A program made the translations under genes and the position numbers. DNA of 64,000 nt, from assembly GCA_016182485.1 (NCBI GenBank), contig JACPGH010000005.1, positions 305-64,304 of the forward strand, written 5' to 3'. The stretch comes from Candidatus Kaiserbacteria bacterium (GTDB lineage Bacteria > Patescibacteriota > Minisyncoccia > Phycocordibacterales > Phycocordibacteraceae). Positions 12,001 to 21,861 of the stretch are shown piece by piece. Under the pieces are notes generated by a model. The model saw only the letters and a list, made by a program, of their open reading frames with translations. It searched no databases and was not told the DNA's origin. Numbering within the stretch: the stretch's first letter is position 1; every line of letters begins with the position of its first letter.

Positions 12001-13800
12001 ATGGCCTCACCCTTAACCGATCCGAATAAATTCTTTTCTAACGGGGCTGAGGAGTCGGTACGGCCGAGTCGGTACGAGCTATGGCGGGAACGCCTGGCGC
12101 GTCCGCGATCCGTTCCGACATTCGACTCGCTTACTGGCCGCATTCAAGCGTTCTCTCCCGGCGATCGCCTCATTTGGTACGCACTGCTTGGTCTTCTCGC
12201 TCTAGCCTCGCTTTCGAGCCTTTATGCGCTCGAACAGCGTCTTCTAGTGACTGTGCCGGCATACGGCGGTACGCTCGTCGAGGGAGAGGTCGGCAGTCCG
12301 CGCTTCATCAACCCGCTTCTCGGCATTAGCGATGCGGACCGGGATCTGGCAGCTCTGACGTATGCCGGGCTCATGGGGCCCTCTGGCGACGGTACGCTTG
12401 CGCTAGTTCTCGCGGAGAGCTACTCCATATCGCCGGACCACAAGGTCTATACGTTCACGATACGGAAGGACGCCAAGTTCTCGGACGGGAGCCAGGTAAC
12501 GGCCGCCGACATTATATTCACGGTCCGGAAAGCGCAGGACCCCGGACTAAAGAGCCCCGAGTACGCGGACTGGGCCGGCGTAGCAGTCGAGGCTGTGAAC
12601 GAGCGGACAGTGCGCTTCGTCTTAAGCAGGCCGTACGCTCCCTTCTTGAGCCTCACCACCCTCGGCATCCTCCCGGCCCGCCTCTGGCAAAATATCTCGG
12701 ACGAAGAATTTCCTTTCTCCAATCTGCAGACGCAGCCGGTGGGCGCAGGCCCTTTTGCCATAGAGAGCATATCTCGGGATCCCTCGGGGCTTATCGGCAG
12801 CGTTTTGCTTAAGGCGAATCCGCGGTACGTGCTCGGGCGGCCTTATCTCGACAGTATCCGTTTCAATTTCTATCCGAGGACTGAGGACCTCGTGACCGCG
12901 CGCGCGAGCGGCGCCATCGAGAGCGCCTACGACATCTCGAGCAATAGCGGCGCTTCGCAGGTCCTCTCCGCCCCGTATGCGAGGGTATTCGCCGTGTTCT
13001 TCAATCCGAGCGAGAAGCCGGTGTTCGCGCGCCCAGAGGTGCGGGAAGCGCTCTCTCACGCGCTCGACCGAGAGAGCATCATCACCGGCGTGCTCGGAGG
13101 ATACGCGACGCCCATCATGGGCCCGGTACCTCCGGGAGCGGGTATCGCCCAGGTTCCCGTGCCTCAGGCGGCCAATCCGACCTCCGCAGGGGCGCAAGTA
13201 CTAAAGAAAGCCGGCTGGATCTACGACGGAGACGCGCGGATATGGAAGCAGAGCGGCGGGAAGCTCGTGCTCGACGGCATAACGATCCGCACTTCGAATG
13301 TGCCCGAGCTTAAGAACGTCGCGAGCGCCGTCAAGGGAGAATGGGAGAAGCTCGGCATACCCGTGACCATCGAGCTCTACGAGCCGGGCGACTTGTCCCA
13401 AAACGTAATCCGCCCTCGCAAGTATCAAGCCCTGCTATATGGCATGGTGGTCGGCCGCGACCAAGATCTCTACGCCTTCTGGGCCTCGCAGGAGCGGAAC
13501 GATCCGGGGCTGAACATCGCGCTCTACGCCAATAAGACAGTGGACGGGCTTCTCGAGGACGCGCGCGAGAACGCCGATGCCGTGGCGAGAATAAAGGACC
13601 TGCAAAAGATCGAGGATCTCATCGCGGCGGACTATCCGGCGGCATTCATTTATGCTCCGAATTTCACCTACACGGTCCCAGCGGACCTCGCGGGCATCGC
13701 GCTCCCGCAGATCGTGACGCCCAAGGACCGTTTCGCTACGGTTGCGTCTTGGTATCGCGCCACGGACGCCGTCTGGCCCTTTTTGGCACCCAATCGTTAA
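12001..13800 (+). CDS. ABC-type solute-binding protein family 5 (peptide/nickel SBP-like), N-terminal TM anchor
   Basis: SBP_bac_5-like sequence throughout; start chosen at MASPLTD (12001), giving ~60-aa cytoplasmic N-term plus TM helix LIWYALLGLLALASLSSLYAL; no cognate permease/ATPase adjacent. Confidence 0.7.
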   Translation: MASPLTDPNKFFSNGAEESVRPSRYELWRERLARPRSVPTFDSLTGRIQAFSPGDRLIWYALLGLLALASLSSLYALEQRLLVTVPAYGGTLVEGEVGSPRFINPLLGISDADRDLAALTYAGLMGPSGDGTLALVLAESYSISPDHKVYTFTIRKDAKFSDGSQVTAADIIFTVRKAQDPGLKSPEYADWAGVAVEAVNERTVRFVLSRPYAPFLSLTTLGILPARLWQNISDEEFPFSNLQTQPVGAGPFAIESISRDPSGLIGSVLLKANPRYVLGRPYLDSIRFNFYPRTEDLVTARASGAIESAYDISSNSGASQVLSAPYARVFAVFFNPSEKPVFARPEVREALSHALDRESIITGVLGGYATPIMGPVPPGAGIAQVPVPQAANPTSAGAQVLKKAGWIYDGDARIWKQSGGKLVLDGITIRTSNVPELKNVASAVKGEWEKLGIPVTIELYEPGDLSQNVIRPRKYQALLYGMVVGRDQDLYAFWASQERNDPGLNIALYANKTVDGLLEDARENADAVARIKDLQKIEDLIAADYPAAFIYAPNFTYTVPADLAGIALPQIVTPKDRFATVASWYRATDAVWPFLAPNR

Positions 13801-13816
13801 ACCTAATATATAGTTC

Positions 13817-15709
13817 ATGAATCAAGCACCAGCTCCCGCGCCCAGTCCTCTTTCGGCGCCGTTCCGTCCAAATCAGCCGCGCCCGCCTGGCAGGCCGGGC
13901 AGAAATCCCGAGCGAGGCCGCTTCCGCCACGCGCGCCCGGGAGGCGCTTCCCGACGCATCCAGCGCATACTGCGGCGTCCGACGGCTATGCCGCGGACCG
14001 CGCCCAAAGGGGCCGATTATTATCCGGAGAAGCCGGCCGAGAATGTTGTTCGCATCGTACCTCTTGGAGGCGTAGAAGAGGTGGGGCGCAACATGCTCGC
14101 CATCGACGCGAACGGAGACATCATCGTGATGGACGCCGGCTTCCACTTCAAGGCCGAGGACGATGCGCCGGGGGTTGACTACACACTCCCGAACACCAAA
14201 TACCTTGAGAAGAACGCCGACCGCGTGCGGGCGGTCATCATCACGCATGGACACCTGGACCATATCGGCGGCATTCCCTTTACCCTGCCCCGATTCGGCA
14301 ATCCTCCCATCTATACGCGCCGGGCGACTTCCATCATGATCCAGCGCCGGCAGGAGGAGTATCCGGATGTCCCGAAACCGGAAATTATCGAGATCGAAGT
14401 AAATTCCGAGCTCACTATCGGCAATACCCGCGTGCGCTTCTTCCCGGTCACCCACTCGATCCCCGATTCAATGGGCGTATCGATACGTACGCGCTACGGC
14501 AACGTCGTTATCTCCGGCGACCTGAAGCTCGAGCACGAGGACGGCATCGCCTCGGAACGCGAGCAGAAAAACTGGGGCGAGGTTTCCAAAGAAGAGAATC
14601 TATTCTTCGTCGCCGACTCCACGAACGCCGAGAAGGAGGGCTTTTCTATTCCAGAGAGCCGCGTACTTATGACGCTCGAGGAGATTATGCGCTCGATTAC
14701 CGGCAGGCTCATCATCGGCACCTTCGCCTCGCAGTTCGAACGGATGATCCACATCATCAAATTCGCGGAGAAATACGGGAAGAAGGTCGTGACTGAAGGC
14801 CGCTCCATTAAGACGAACATAGAGATCGCGCAGAAAGCGGGCCTGCTCACGATGGACAAGGGGACGATTATCCCGGCGCAGGAGATGGCCGATTATCCGC
14901 CCAATAAGATACTCGTGCTCGCCACCGGCGCGCAGGGCGAGGAGTTCGCCGCTCTCATGCGGATCGCGACCAAACAGCACAAATACATCACCTTTAATGA
15001 GCGCGATACGATCGTTCTCTCCTCCTCGGTCATCCCGGGGAACGAGATTTCCGTGCAGAAGCTCAAGGATAATCTCTACCGCAACAACGTTACCATCATT
15101 CACTATCGCTCGAGCGACGTGCATTCGACCGGCCACGGCAATGCCGGCGAGCTCGTCTGGATCAACAAGCAGGTCCATGCGAAATTCTTCATGCCCGGCT
15201 ACGGCTACCGTTCGATGACGACCTGCCACGCGAAGGCGGTCGAGCAGGCGGGATTCCCCAGAGAGAACATCATTATTCCCGACAACGGCATAGTGATAGA
15301 CATTGAGGACGGCGCTCGCTTGAATGTCCACAAGCAGCGGGTCCCGGCCGCGCCTATGGTCGTGGACGGCTTCACGATCGGCGATATCCAGGAAGTCGTC
15401 ATCCGCGATCGCCAGTCGCTCGCGAAGGACGGCATGTTCGTAATTATCGCGAGCGTGAATCTCAAGACCGGGAAGCTGCGCAAATCGCCCGATATCATCA
15501 GCCGCGGTTTCGTCTATCTGCGCGAGTCGCAAGATCTGCTGAATGAAGCGCGCGTACTCATCAAGAAGACGATCGAGGATTCGACGTATAACATGAATCC
15601 GATCGATCTCGATTACGTAAAAAACAATCTTACCGACGTCATCGCCGGCTTTCTCTTCGCGCGCACCAACAAGGCCCCGATGGTGATCCCGGTGCTGATA
15701 GGGATGTAA
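13817..15709 (+). CDS. rnj: Ribonuclease J (beta-CASP metallo-beta-lactamase RNase)
   Basis: HGHLDHIGG zinc motif, beta-CASP and C-terminal domains; Pro/Arg-rich first 57 aa may be spurious (alternative start MPRTAPK at 13988). Confidence 0.85.
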   Translation: MNQAPAPAPSPLSAPFRPNQPRPPGRPGRNPERGRFRHARPGGASRRIQRILRRPTAMPRTAPKGADYYPEKPAENVVRIVPLGGVEEVGRNMLAIDANGDIIVMDAGFHFKAEDDAPGVDYTLPNTKYLEKNADRVRAVIITHGHLDHIGGIPFTLPRFGNPPIYTRRATSIMIQRRQEEYPDVPKPEIIEIEVNSELTIGNTRVRFFPVTHSIPDSMGVSIRTRYGNVVISGDLKLEHEDGIASEREQKNWGEVSKEENLFFVADSTNAEKEGFSIPESRVLMTLEEIMRSITGRLIIGTFASQFERMIHIIKFAEKYGKKVVTEGRSIKTNIEIAQKAGLLTMDKGTIIPAQEMADYPPNKILVLATGAQGEEFAALMRIATKQHKYITFNERDTIVLSSSVIPGNEISVQKLKDNLYRNNVTIIHYRSSDVHSTGHGNAGELVWINKQVHAKFFMPGYGYRSMTTCHAKAVEQAGFPRENIIIPDNGIVIDIEDGARLNVHKQRVPAAPMVVDGFTIGDIQEVVIRDRQSLAKDGMFVIIASVNLKTGKLRKSPDIISRGFVYLRESQDLLNEARVLIKKTIEDSTYNMNPIDLDYVKNNLTDVIAGFLFARTNKAPMVIPVLIGM

Positions 15710-15819
15710 CGCTGGAGGCCGGAATCTGGAGAACAGGAAGTCGGGATTATGAACAGGGCTGAAAGCAGGTCTTCTTGACCAGGTGTAGACTGCAGGCAGA
15801 AGCTCTTGGGGAGGGCCCT

Positions 15820-16014
15820 ATGCGCGAACACTACATGTTCGTGGACTGGAACCATCTCGTACACCCCGGCGCGGTTCTGCACTGCTACTACATACACAAC
15901 CACAACGGATATGGCCCTACCGCAAGGAAGGAGCCGGGTGATAAGGTTTGCGATTGTCCTGGACTAGAAGCGGAGCGAGCCGCCCTCCTCGCACGGACGC
16001 CGCGACCTGCCTAA
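15820..16014 (+). CDS. Small Cys/His-rich protein (64 aa), hypothetical
   Basis: GGGGAGGG SD 4 nt upstream of ATG; His/Cys cluster HCYYIHNHNGY...CDC; terminator follows. Confidence 0.4.
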   Translation: MREHYMFVDWNHLVHPGAVLHCYYIHNHNGYGPTARKEPGDKVCDCPGLEAERAALLARTPRPA

Positions 16015-16043
16015 CCCGCGCTCGCTCGCGTGGACATGAACTC

Positions 16044-16078
16044 GGCGCCTAAGGAGGGGGCGCCGCGTTTTCGTTTTC
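16044..16078 (+). terminator. Rho-independent terminator
   Basis: ggcgcc taaggaggg ggcgcc then gcgttttcgttttc. Confidence 0.55.
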
Positions 16079-16114
16079 AATATCGCCTATAAAATCCCCA
16101 TACGCGCGCTCTAA

Positions 16115-16474
16115 ATGCGGCCGGCGTCCTGTATAGTCAGAACTATGCTCTTTCATCTGCACCTCCGCAAACGCCTGGCGCAAAAACATTTGGAACCCTA
16201 TCCGGCCCGCACCCCGTGGCTGCGATTTCTCGATCGGATCATTCTTCTCGTCGGCCTCGGCGGCCCGCTCGCTACCATCCCGCAGATCGTGAAAATATAC
16301 GGCTCAAAATCTGCCGCGGACATTTCGCCGGCTACGTTCGGGGCATATGCGGCACTCGACATCGTATGGATCTTTTACGGACTGGCTCATCGGGAACGCC
16401 CGATAATATGGGCCTATTCTTCGTGGTTGGTGGTCAACACGATCGTTTCCGCCGGTGCATTACTATACGGATAG
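16115..16474 (+). CDS. SemiSWEET / PQ-loop small sugar transporter-like membrane protein
   Basis: 3-TM ~100-aa protein with PQ motif (LATIPQIVKIY) characteristic of bacterial SemiSWEETs; alternative start 16145. Confidence 0.6.
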   Translation: MRPASCIVRTMLFHLHLRKRLAQKHLEPYPARTPWLRFLDRIILLVGLGGPLATIPQIVKIYGSKSAADISPATFGAYAALDIVWIFYGLAHRERPIIWAYSSWLVVNTIVSAGALLYG

Positions 16475-17164
16475 TTAATCTCGCGGCCACCGTTTCGCCG
16501 CGGGCGGCCAGAGTTTGGTCAAAGGGTGTACCGCGCAATCGTGCGGGCGGGCAGAACAGACGTAGCGGCCATAGAGCACGAGCCCGTTATTCACGTATTT
16601 CCAATTCTTTTTCGGCACGAGCGCTTCGAGGTCTTTCGAAATTTTGTCCGGATTCCGGCTATCGGAAAGGTCGAAGCGGTATGCGAAGCGCCGCACATGC
16701 GTGTCGGTCGCGATGCCTTCCCAAATATCGAACAGTTCGCCGAGCACCACGTGCGCCGTCTTGTAGCCGATCCCCGGTAGTTCGACGAGCTCCGTCTCAC
16801 TGCGCGGTATGCCTCCGGCATACCGCGCCTCGATTTGCTTTGCCGCGGCAATAATGGATTTGGCCTTGTTGCGGAAGAATGGAATGGACGAAATCTCTTT
16901 TGTAAAGACCGCGGGTTTAGCCCGGGTGAAGTCGGGGGCGGTTTTGTATTTTTTAAAAAGAGTTGCAGTAAGCCGGTTGACGGCCTTGTCCGTGCACTGC
17001 GCGGAGAGGATGACGGCGACGACGAATTGGAAAGGCGTATGATGCACGAGCTCGCTTTTCGGCTTTGGATACGCTTTCTTCAGGTATGCAACTATCTTTC
17101 CGGCGCGTGCCCTTCGTAGCTTTAGCGAAGTAGGGCGGGCCAAGCCCTCGACAGGCTTTGTCAT
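16475..17164 (-). CDS. nth: Endonuclease III
   Basis: HhH-GPD motif (LVELPGIGYKTAHVVL), C-terminal Cys cluster; start MTKPVEG overlaps upstream gene stop (ATGA). Confidence 0.85.
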   Translation of the reverse strand: MTKPVEGLARPTSLKLRRARAGKIVAYLKKAYPKPKSELVHHTPFQFVVAVILSAQCTDKAVNRLTATLFKKYKTAPDFTRAKPAVFTKEISSIPFFRNKAKSIIAAAKQIEARYAGGIPRSETELVELPGIGYKTAHVVLGELFDIWEGIATDTHVRRFAYRFDLSDSRNPDKISKDLEALVPKKNWKYVNNGLVLYGRYVCSARPHDCAVHPLTKLWPPAAKRWPRD

Positions 17165-18333
17165 GGTACTTCCTCGGTGATTTCCTCCTCCCGGAACGCG
17201 TATCGGAAAAAGAGGAGCGAGAGCGCCCCGGCGGAGAAAAGCGCGAGAAGCAGGGCTATGAGCGGCCCCACGACCGGGACGAGGGTAATGAGTGTCAGGA
17301 TGAGCATGCCGAGAACGCCATCGCGCCATAAGACGCTTTCGCGTTTCGAAAAACGGCTCACAAGCATGCCGCCGACGAGTATCCCGGCATATATGAACGA
17401 AAGAAGAACGAGGAGGGCGTACGCGATGAAAAGCAGGAGCGAAAGACCTATGCCAACGAAGGTCAAGAGGAGCAGGAGGCACAGAATCGGCGTCGCGACA
17501 AACACTGCGAATCCGAGAAGCGTGGTGAGCAGGATCTTTCCCGGGCGCGAATACGTCATGTCCGCCACCGCTTTCGCCAGCCCCGGGAAGAGGCCGGCAA
17601 GAAGCCCGGCGAGAACAAGCGCGCCGAGAAGCCGCACGACGAGAAAAAGGCCGATGCCCACTATCTCGAGCGCGCGCGAGGCGCTTGGACTCGGCAGATA
17701 GGATACGTTCGTATAGGTCACGCCGCCAGTTATCCTCGCCGATTGCGCGATGTCCGCATCTTCGGGGGCCTGGTAGGCCAGTGCGCCGAGAATCGTAGTG
17801 CTCGCGGCAACGGTTACATGCCCGGTGGCCACGATATCCACGTTCCCCGAAAAATTGCCTGCGAGTACGATGTTATTGGCGTAGATGGTAACCGAGCCTC
17901 CGGCACCGTTCTCGAGCAACACATTCGCGCCAACGATTAATACGGAACCTCGAGCCCGACCGGCATCTCTCACCGAATAGCCCACGGCGACCAAATCTCC
18001 CCCGACCGACCCTTCGACGGACACGCTGCCTCCGAAAGCCCGCAGATCCCCGCCGACCGCGCTCTTCGAATTGACCGAACCGCCGAAGAGAAGCGCGTCG
18101 CCGGTGACCGGGCTCGCCGAGATCACCGAACCGCCGAGAATCGAGAGGTCGCCGGCAACCGGAGCGGTAAATATCACGGAGGCGCCGGCGGCATAGGCGT
18201 TGCCCTGCGAAGAGCTCGCGACAGCGAGCGAACGGGCGGCGAGGAACGAAGCTGCCGGCACGGCAGGCGCGGCGAAAACAAAAACTGGCGCGGCGAGTGA
18301 GAAAACGAAAGCGGAAATGAGTGCGAGACGCAT
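17161..18333 (-). CDS. Membrane protein with signal peptide, N-terminal bactofilin-like beta-helical G-x-V/L repeats and C-terminal multi-TM domain
   Basis: Repeats GGSV..GGDL..; C-terminal ~5 TM helices; translationally coupled to nth. Confidence 0.55.
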   Translation of the reverse strand: MRLALISAFVFSLAAPVFVFAAPAVPAASFLAARSLAVASSSQGNAYAAGASVIFTAPVAGDLSILGGSVISASPVTGDALLFGGSVNSKSAVGGDLRAFGGSVSVEGSVGGDLVAVGYSVRDAGRARGSVLIVGANVLLENGAGGSVTIYANNIVLAGNFSGNVDIVATGHVTVAASTTILGALAYQAPEDADIAQSARITGGVTYTNVSYLPSPSASRALEIVGIGLFLVVRLLGALVLAGLLAGLFPGLAKAVADMTYSRPGKILLTTLLGFAVFVATPILCLLLLLTFVGIGLSLLLFIAYALLVLLSFIYAGILVGGMLVSRFSKRESVLWRDGVLGMLILTLITLVPVVGPLIALLLALFSAGALSLLFFRYAFREEEITEEVP

Positions 18334-18336
18334 GGC

Positions 18337-18876
18337 TCAGAGTTTCGGCGGCATCGGGAGCAACGGGGGCGCGTTACTCGCCTTCTTCTTCGGCCGGGCT
18401 ACATGGATAAGAGCGGCGAGAGCGGCGATGCAGAGCGCGAGAACCGCGGAGATGAGGCAATAGAGACAGTAGGCGCGGATGGCGAAAGCCTCGATTAGCG
18501 TTAGATAGATGGATACCGCCGCGCCAAGGAGAGAGAGCCAGAACAGCACGCGCCGCAAGAATTCGTCGAACAATAGAAGTTCTAGAGCGGCGAGGATAAA
18601 TATGACGCTATAGAAAAAAACTCCGTACAATGCGATCGGAACGCCGAAAAAATAAGAATACGCGCTTTGTGCCACGATATCGCAACTCGTTAGCGTCTGC
18701 GTGCCGCAGACAAGCGGCGTACCGGCGAGTTCGCTTTGCGCTATGTAGGCCGAGTCGGCGATACCGAGAAATGCGAGGATAAGGATGCCTACCACGCCTG
18801 CTCGCTTCATCCCGTTAGAGACGCCTGCCAAGCGCAGGCCAGGACTCGATGAGTCCTTGTCTCTAACGGGATTCAT
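18337..18876 (-). CDS. Vitamin K epoxide reductase (VKOR) family membrane protein
   Basis: Loop Cys pair CGTQTLTSC and active-site CLYC (CxxC) in TM helix. Confidence 0.7.
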   Translation of the reverse strand: MNPVRDKDSSSPGLRLAGVSNGMKRAGVVGILILAFLGIADSAYIAQSELAGTPLVCGTQTLTSCDIVAQSAYSYFFGVPIALYGVFFYSVIFILAALELLLFDEFLRRVLFWLSLLGAAVSIYLTLIEAFAIRAYCLYCLISAVLALCIAALAALIHVARPKKKASNAPPLLPMPPKL

Positions 18877-18945
18877 GAGGCAAGGATACGCGCGAGAGCG
18901 CCTTCACGCAACCGCGTAGAACCAAATATAAAATAATAGCGGTAT

Positions 18946-19110
18946 GAAGAAATTAACTCCGGAGGCACCGAAGTGTTCTGTAAAAATTGCGACGCGCACT
19001 TGGGCCATGTCTTCGACGACGGCCCAGTCGACACGCGCTTGGCTCCCGACAGGCAGGGCAAGCGGTATGCACAAATTCCATCGCTCTCGATTTCGAGCCA
19101 AAATGAGTGA
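18946..19110 (+). pseudogene. msrB: msrB remnant (3' fragment of peptide-methionine (R)-S-oxide reductase)
   Basis: Frame encodes [22 protein letters not shown] matching MsrB catalytic region (E. coli: [17 protein letters not shown]); downstream PTG..RY motif split between two frames; stops immediately upstream; no N-terminal half. Confidence 0.6.
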
Positions 19111-19117
19111 TGGACAT

Positions 19118-19140
19118 TGATGGACACGACGTGTCCATCA
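19118..19140. terminator. Perfect 11-bp inverted repeat hairpin at convergent msrB-remnant/msrA junction
   Basis: TGATGGACACG a CGTGTCCATCA; overlaps msrA stop codon. Confidence 0.4.
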
Positions 19141-19599
19141 GGGCTTCTCGGCGTAGCGCTGGTGGTAGTCTTCGGCGCGCCAGAAGATTCCGGCCGGTTC
19201 GATCGAAGTCGCGACGGTTTTCGGATAATACTGCGGCGCGAATTCTTTCGCGACGCGCTCGGCGATCTCTCGCTGTTCTGGCGAATGATAAAAGATGACC
19301 GAGCGATACTGCTCCCCCACGTCCGGCCCCTGCCGGTTCACCTGCGTCGGATCATGGATCGCTAAGAACCGCCGCACAAGCGCTTCGTACGAGATTTTGT
19401 CCGGATCGAACGTAATTTTGACGCTCTCCGCGTGGCCGGTCTGCCCCGCGCACACTTGTTCGTAAGTGGGATGCTCGGCATGGCCGCCGCTATACCCCGA
19501 TACCGCGTCAATCACGCCCGGCGTCGCTCGAAACGCCGCCTCCACGCCCCAGAAGCAGCCCGCCGCGAACGTCGCCTTCTCCCGGTTCATATGACTCAT
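19138..19599 (-). CDS. msrA: Peptide methionine sulfoxide reductase MsrA
   Basis: GCFWG active-site motif, full-length PMSR domain. Confidence 0.9.
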   Translation of the reverse strand: MSHMNREKATFAAGCFWGVEAAFRATPGVIDAVSGYSGGHAEHPTYEQVCAGQTGHAESVKITFDPDKISYEALVRRFLAIHDPTQVNRQGPDVGEQYRSVIFYHSPEQREIAERVAKEFAPQYYPKTVATSIEPAGIFWRAEDYHQRYAEKP

Positions 19600-19665
19600 G
19601 GTATACCACGTCGAATAAGGTGCGGTGAACCGGCCCGAAATTTGGTAGACTAAAGCGGCTACACC

Positions 19666-20295
19666 ATGGCTTGGTTCATTCCCACCCTGATCGGCGGCGC
19701 GGTTGGCAGTACCCTAACCCTTGCGGCGGCCATTATCATCGGCACCTTCATCCTCGAAGACGTTACCGTCGTAATCGTGGGGCTCCTGGCCGCCGAGGGC
19801 GTGATCGGGATTCCGCTGGCGCTTATTTCGCTATATGCCGGCATCGTCCTTGGGGACATCGGCCTTTATTGGCTCGGCAGGTACGCGAGCACGCATCCTA
19901 GGCTCGAAAAATACGTTGACCACGACATCCTGGCCCCGTTCCGTAATTGGCTCGAGAAGCGCAACGGTCTAGCGCTCTTCTCTGCCCGATTCGTACCCGG
20001 CATGCGGCTCCCCACCTATACGGCGAGCGGCTTTTTCGGCTCGCCGTTTTCGTCTTTCGTAGCTACGGCAGTGGTCGCAGCCTCGGTGTGGACTCTCTTC
20101 CTTTTCTCCGCGGCCTATTGGTTCGGCAGCGCGACCGAAGAGTGGCTCGGCCCTTTACGGCTCGGCATCGCCGGATTCGTGATACTCATACTGCTTGTAA
20201 TCGGCCCTCTCAATTTTTTCGCCTACCGAACGAAGAGTAAACGGTCTGAATTAGCCGTCAAGGCGTTTAGGCGGCAGACATCGCATTTGCAGTAG
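19666..20295 (+). CDS. DedA/VTT-domain (TVP38/TMEM64) family membrane protein
   Basis: Conserved G..Y..G...RF.PG.R motif. Confidence 0.8.
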   Translation: MAWFIPTLIGGAVGSTLTLAAAIIIGTFILEDVTVVIVGLLAAEGVIGIPLALISLYAGIVLGDIGLYWLGRYASTHPRLEKYVDHDILAPFRNWLEKRNGLALFSARFVPGMRLPTYTASGFFGSPFSSFVATAVVAASVWTLFLFSAAYWFGSATEEWLGPLRLGIAGFVILILLVIGPLNFFAYRTKSKRSELAVKAFRRQTSHLQ

Positions 20296-20854
20296 TAATG
20301 CCTTCGGCGCTTGCGTAGCTTGTCCCCACGCGGCTGGCAAGCTCTGCAAGTGCTTTGGAGAGCAGATCTTTTGTCGGCGCATCGATGATATTCCAGGAGG
20401 CATCGAAAAGCTGCCCCGCGGGGCCGAGATACAATTCCGGCTGGCCGATAACCCGAGCGTCCAAGTGGAGCAGTATCTGCCGCAAATGGCTTTGCGCGAC
20501 GGCAGTGCCGATGGACCCTACCGAGACGCCAAGGACGAGGGCGGGCTTCCCCGCAAATGAGTTCTGTCCATACGGCCGGCTCGCCCAATCGATCGCATTC
20601 TTTAAAACGCCTGGGATTGAGCGATTGTATTCGGGCGTTGCGATGATAACGCCGTCTGCCGCCGCGATCGCGTCCTTAAGCGCCTGGGCTGGAACAGGAA
20701 ACGCCGCTTCATCGTCTTGGTTGTAGAGAGGGATGCCGCTCAAATCGGCAATCTTGATTTCCATGCCCGCCGGCGCGAGCGGCTGCATCGCGCTCAAGAC
20801 CGCCGAGTTATACGACTGCCTCCGTAAACTGCCCGAGATTCCAAGGATATGCAT
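20267..20854 (-). CDS. NADPH-dependent FMN reductase family oxidoreductase
   Basis: MHILGISGSLRRQSYN...IIATPEYNRSIPGVLKNAIDW flavodoxin-like FMN reductase signature. Confidence 0.8.
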   Translation of the reverse strand: MHILGISGSLRRQSYNSAVLSAMQPLAPAGMEIKIADLSGIPLYNQDDEAAFPVPAQALKDAIAAADGVIIATPEYNRSIPGVLKNAIDWASRPYGQNSFAGKPALVLGVSVGSIGTAVAQSHLRQILLHLDARVIGQPELYLGPAGQLFDASWNIIDAPTKDLLSKALAELASRVGTSYASAEGITTANAMSAA

Positions 20855-20913
20855 GGTCTGATGCTTAAATTGATATTCCCTCAGAGTACCTTATCCGCGA
20901 CAACGGCCTGACT

Positions 20914-21861
20914 GTGGATAGCGGTATACTTCAGGCAATGCGTACCAAAATAGCGCGGGCGGTTCTCGTCGCCGTGCTGGCGTTCGCGGCGGGCGGCGCC
21001 GGATACCTGCTCGGCAAAGAAAATTCCGGCGCGCAAGCCGCGCCTGTCTCTATCCCCGCGCAAACGGTCTCGGCGCCGCCCGCCGGTTCCGTTCGAGTCA
21101 TCTACAGTTTAGATCAAAAGCAAAACGACCGGGAAATCATCGCGCTCATAAACGACGCTGAGCGCTACATTTACTTCGCCATATATACTTTCACGCTCGA
21201 GAACATCGCCGACGCGCTCGTCGCCGCCAAGAAGCGGGGAGTCGATGTCAGGGGCGTCGTGGATTCCGGGCAGAGCGGCGACAGCTATGGCCGGCCCATC
21301 ATCGCGAAGTTGAAAGCCGCCGGCATTCCGGTCGTAGCAGAAAAGCACGCGACGGGAAACGGCATCATGCATTTGAAGACGCTCGTGACCGAAAGGGCCT
21401 ATGCGAACGGCAGCTACAACTGGACCAAGTCGGCAACGACGCTCAATGACGAGATCCTCGAGATCGGCACGGATCCGGCGCTCCGGCAAACGTATGAAAA
21501 TATCCTGCGGAAATTACTCGATGCCTATCGGGGCAACAGCGCGGCCGCGGGAGCGGCCGCGCAAGTTTCTGTAGGCATAATCGATTACACCGAAGCCCCC
21601 GCGCACGTCGGCGAGTACGCCTCCGTGCGCGGCACGCTTGTCTCAACCTACACGTCCAAGACCGGCACCGTCTTTCTCGATTTCTGCAAAGCGTACAAAT
21701 CCTGTTCGTTCTCGGGCGTAATCTTCGCCGATGATGCGAAAAAATTCGGCGACCTCTCCCGCTACCGGGGCAAAGACGTAACTCTCTCCGGCAAGATTGT
21801 TTCCTACGAAGGCCGGGCCGAGATCATCCTCTCCGACCCGGGCCAATTGTCAGCACTTTAA
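20914..21861 (+). CDS. Membrane-anchored/secreted phospholipase-D-family nuclease (Nuc-like) fused to C-terminal OB-fold domain
   Basis: HxK(x4)D motif (IMHLKTLV), N-terminal TM/signal (alt start MRTKIARAV 20938), C-terminal OB-fold-like region. Confidence 0.7.
   Translation: MDSGILQAMRTKIARAVLVAVLAFAAGGAGYLLGKENSGAQAAPVSIPAQTVSAPPAGSVRVIYSLDQKQNDREIIALINDAERYIYFAIYTFTLENIADALVAAKKRGVDVRGVVDSGQSGDSYGRPIIAKLKAAGIPVVAEKHATGNGIMHLKTLVTERAYANGSYNWTKSATTLNDEILEIGTDPALRQTYENILRKLLDAYRGNSAAAGAAAQVSVGIIDYTEAPAHVGEYASVRGTLVSTYTSKTGTVFLDFCKAYKSCSFSGVIFADDAKKFGDLSRYRGKDVTLSGKIVSYEGRAEIILSDPGQLSAL

Noticed and set aside
13817-13987. Pro/Arg-rich 57-aa N-terminal extension of RNase J as a real domain
   Set aside because: It is probably a GC-driven spurious extension; the conserved RNase J N-terminus aligns from about 15 aa after the internal Met at 13988. 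It is kept only as an alternative because no clear SD/promoter discriminates the two starts.
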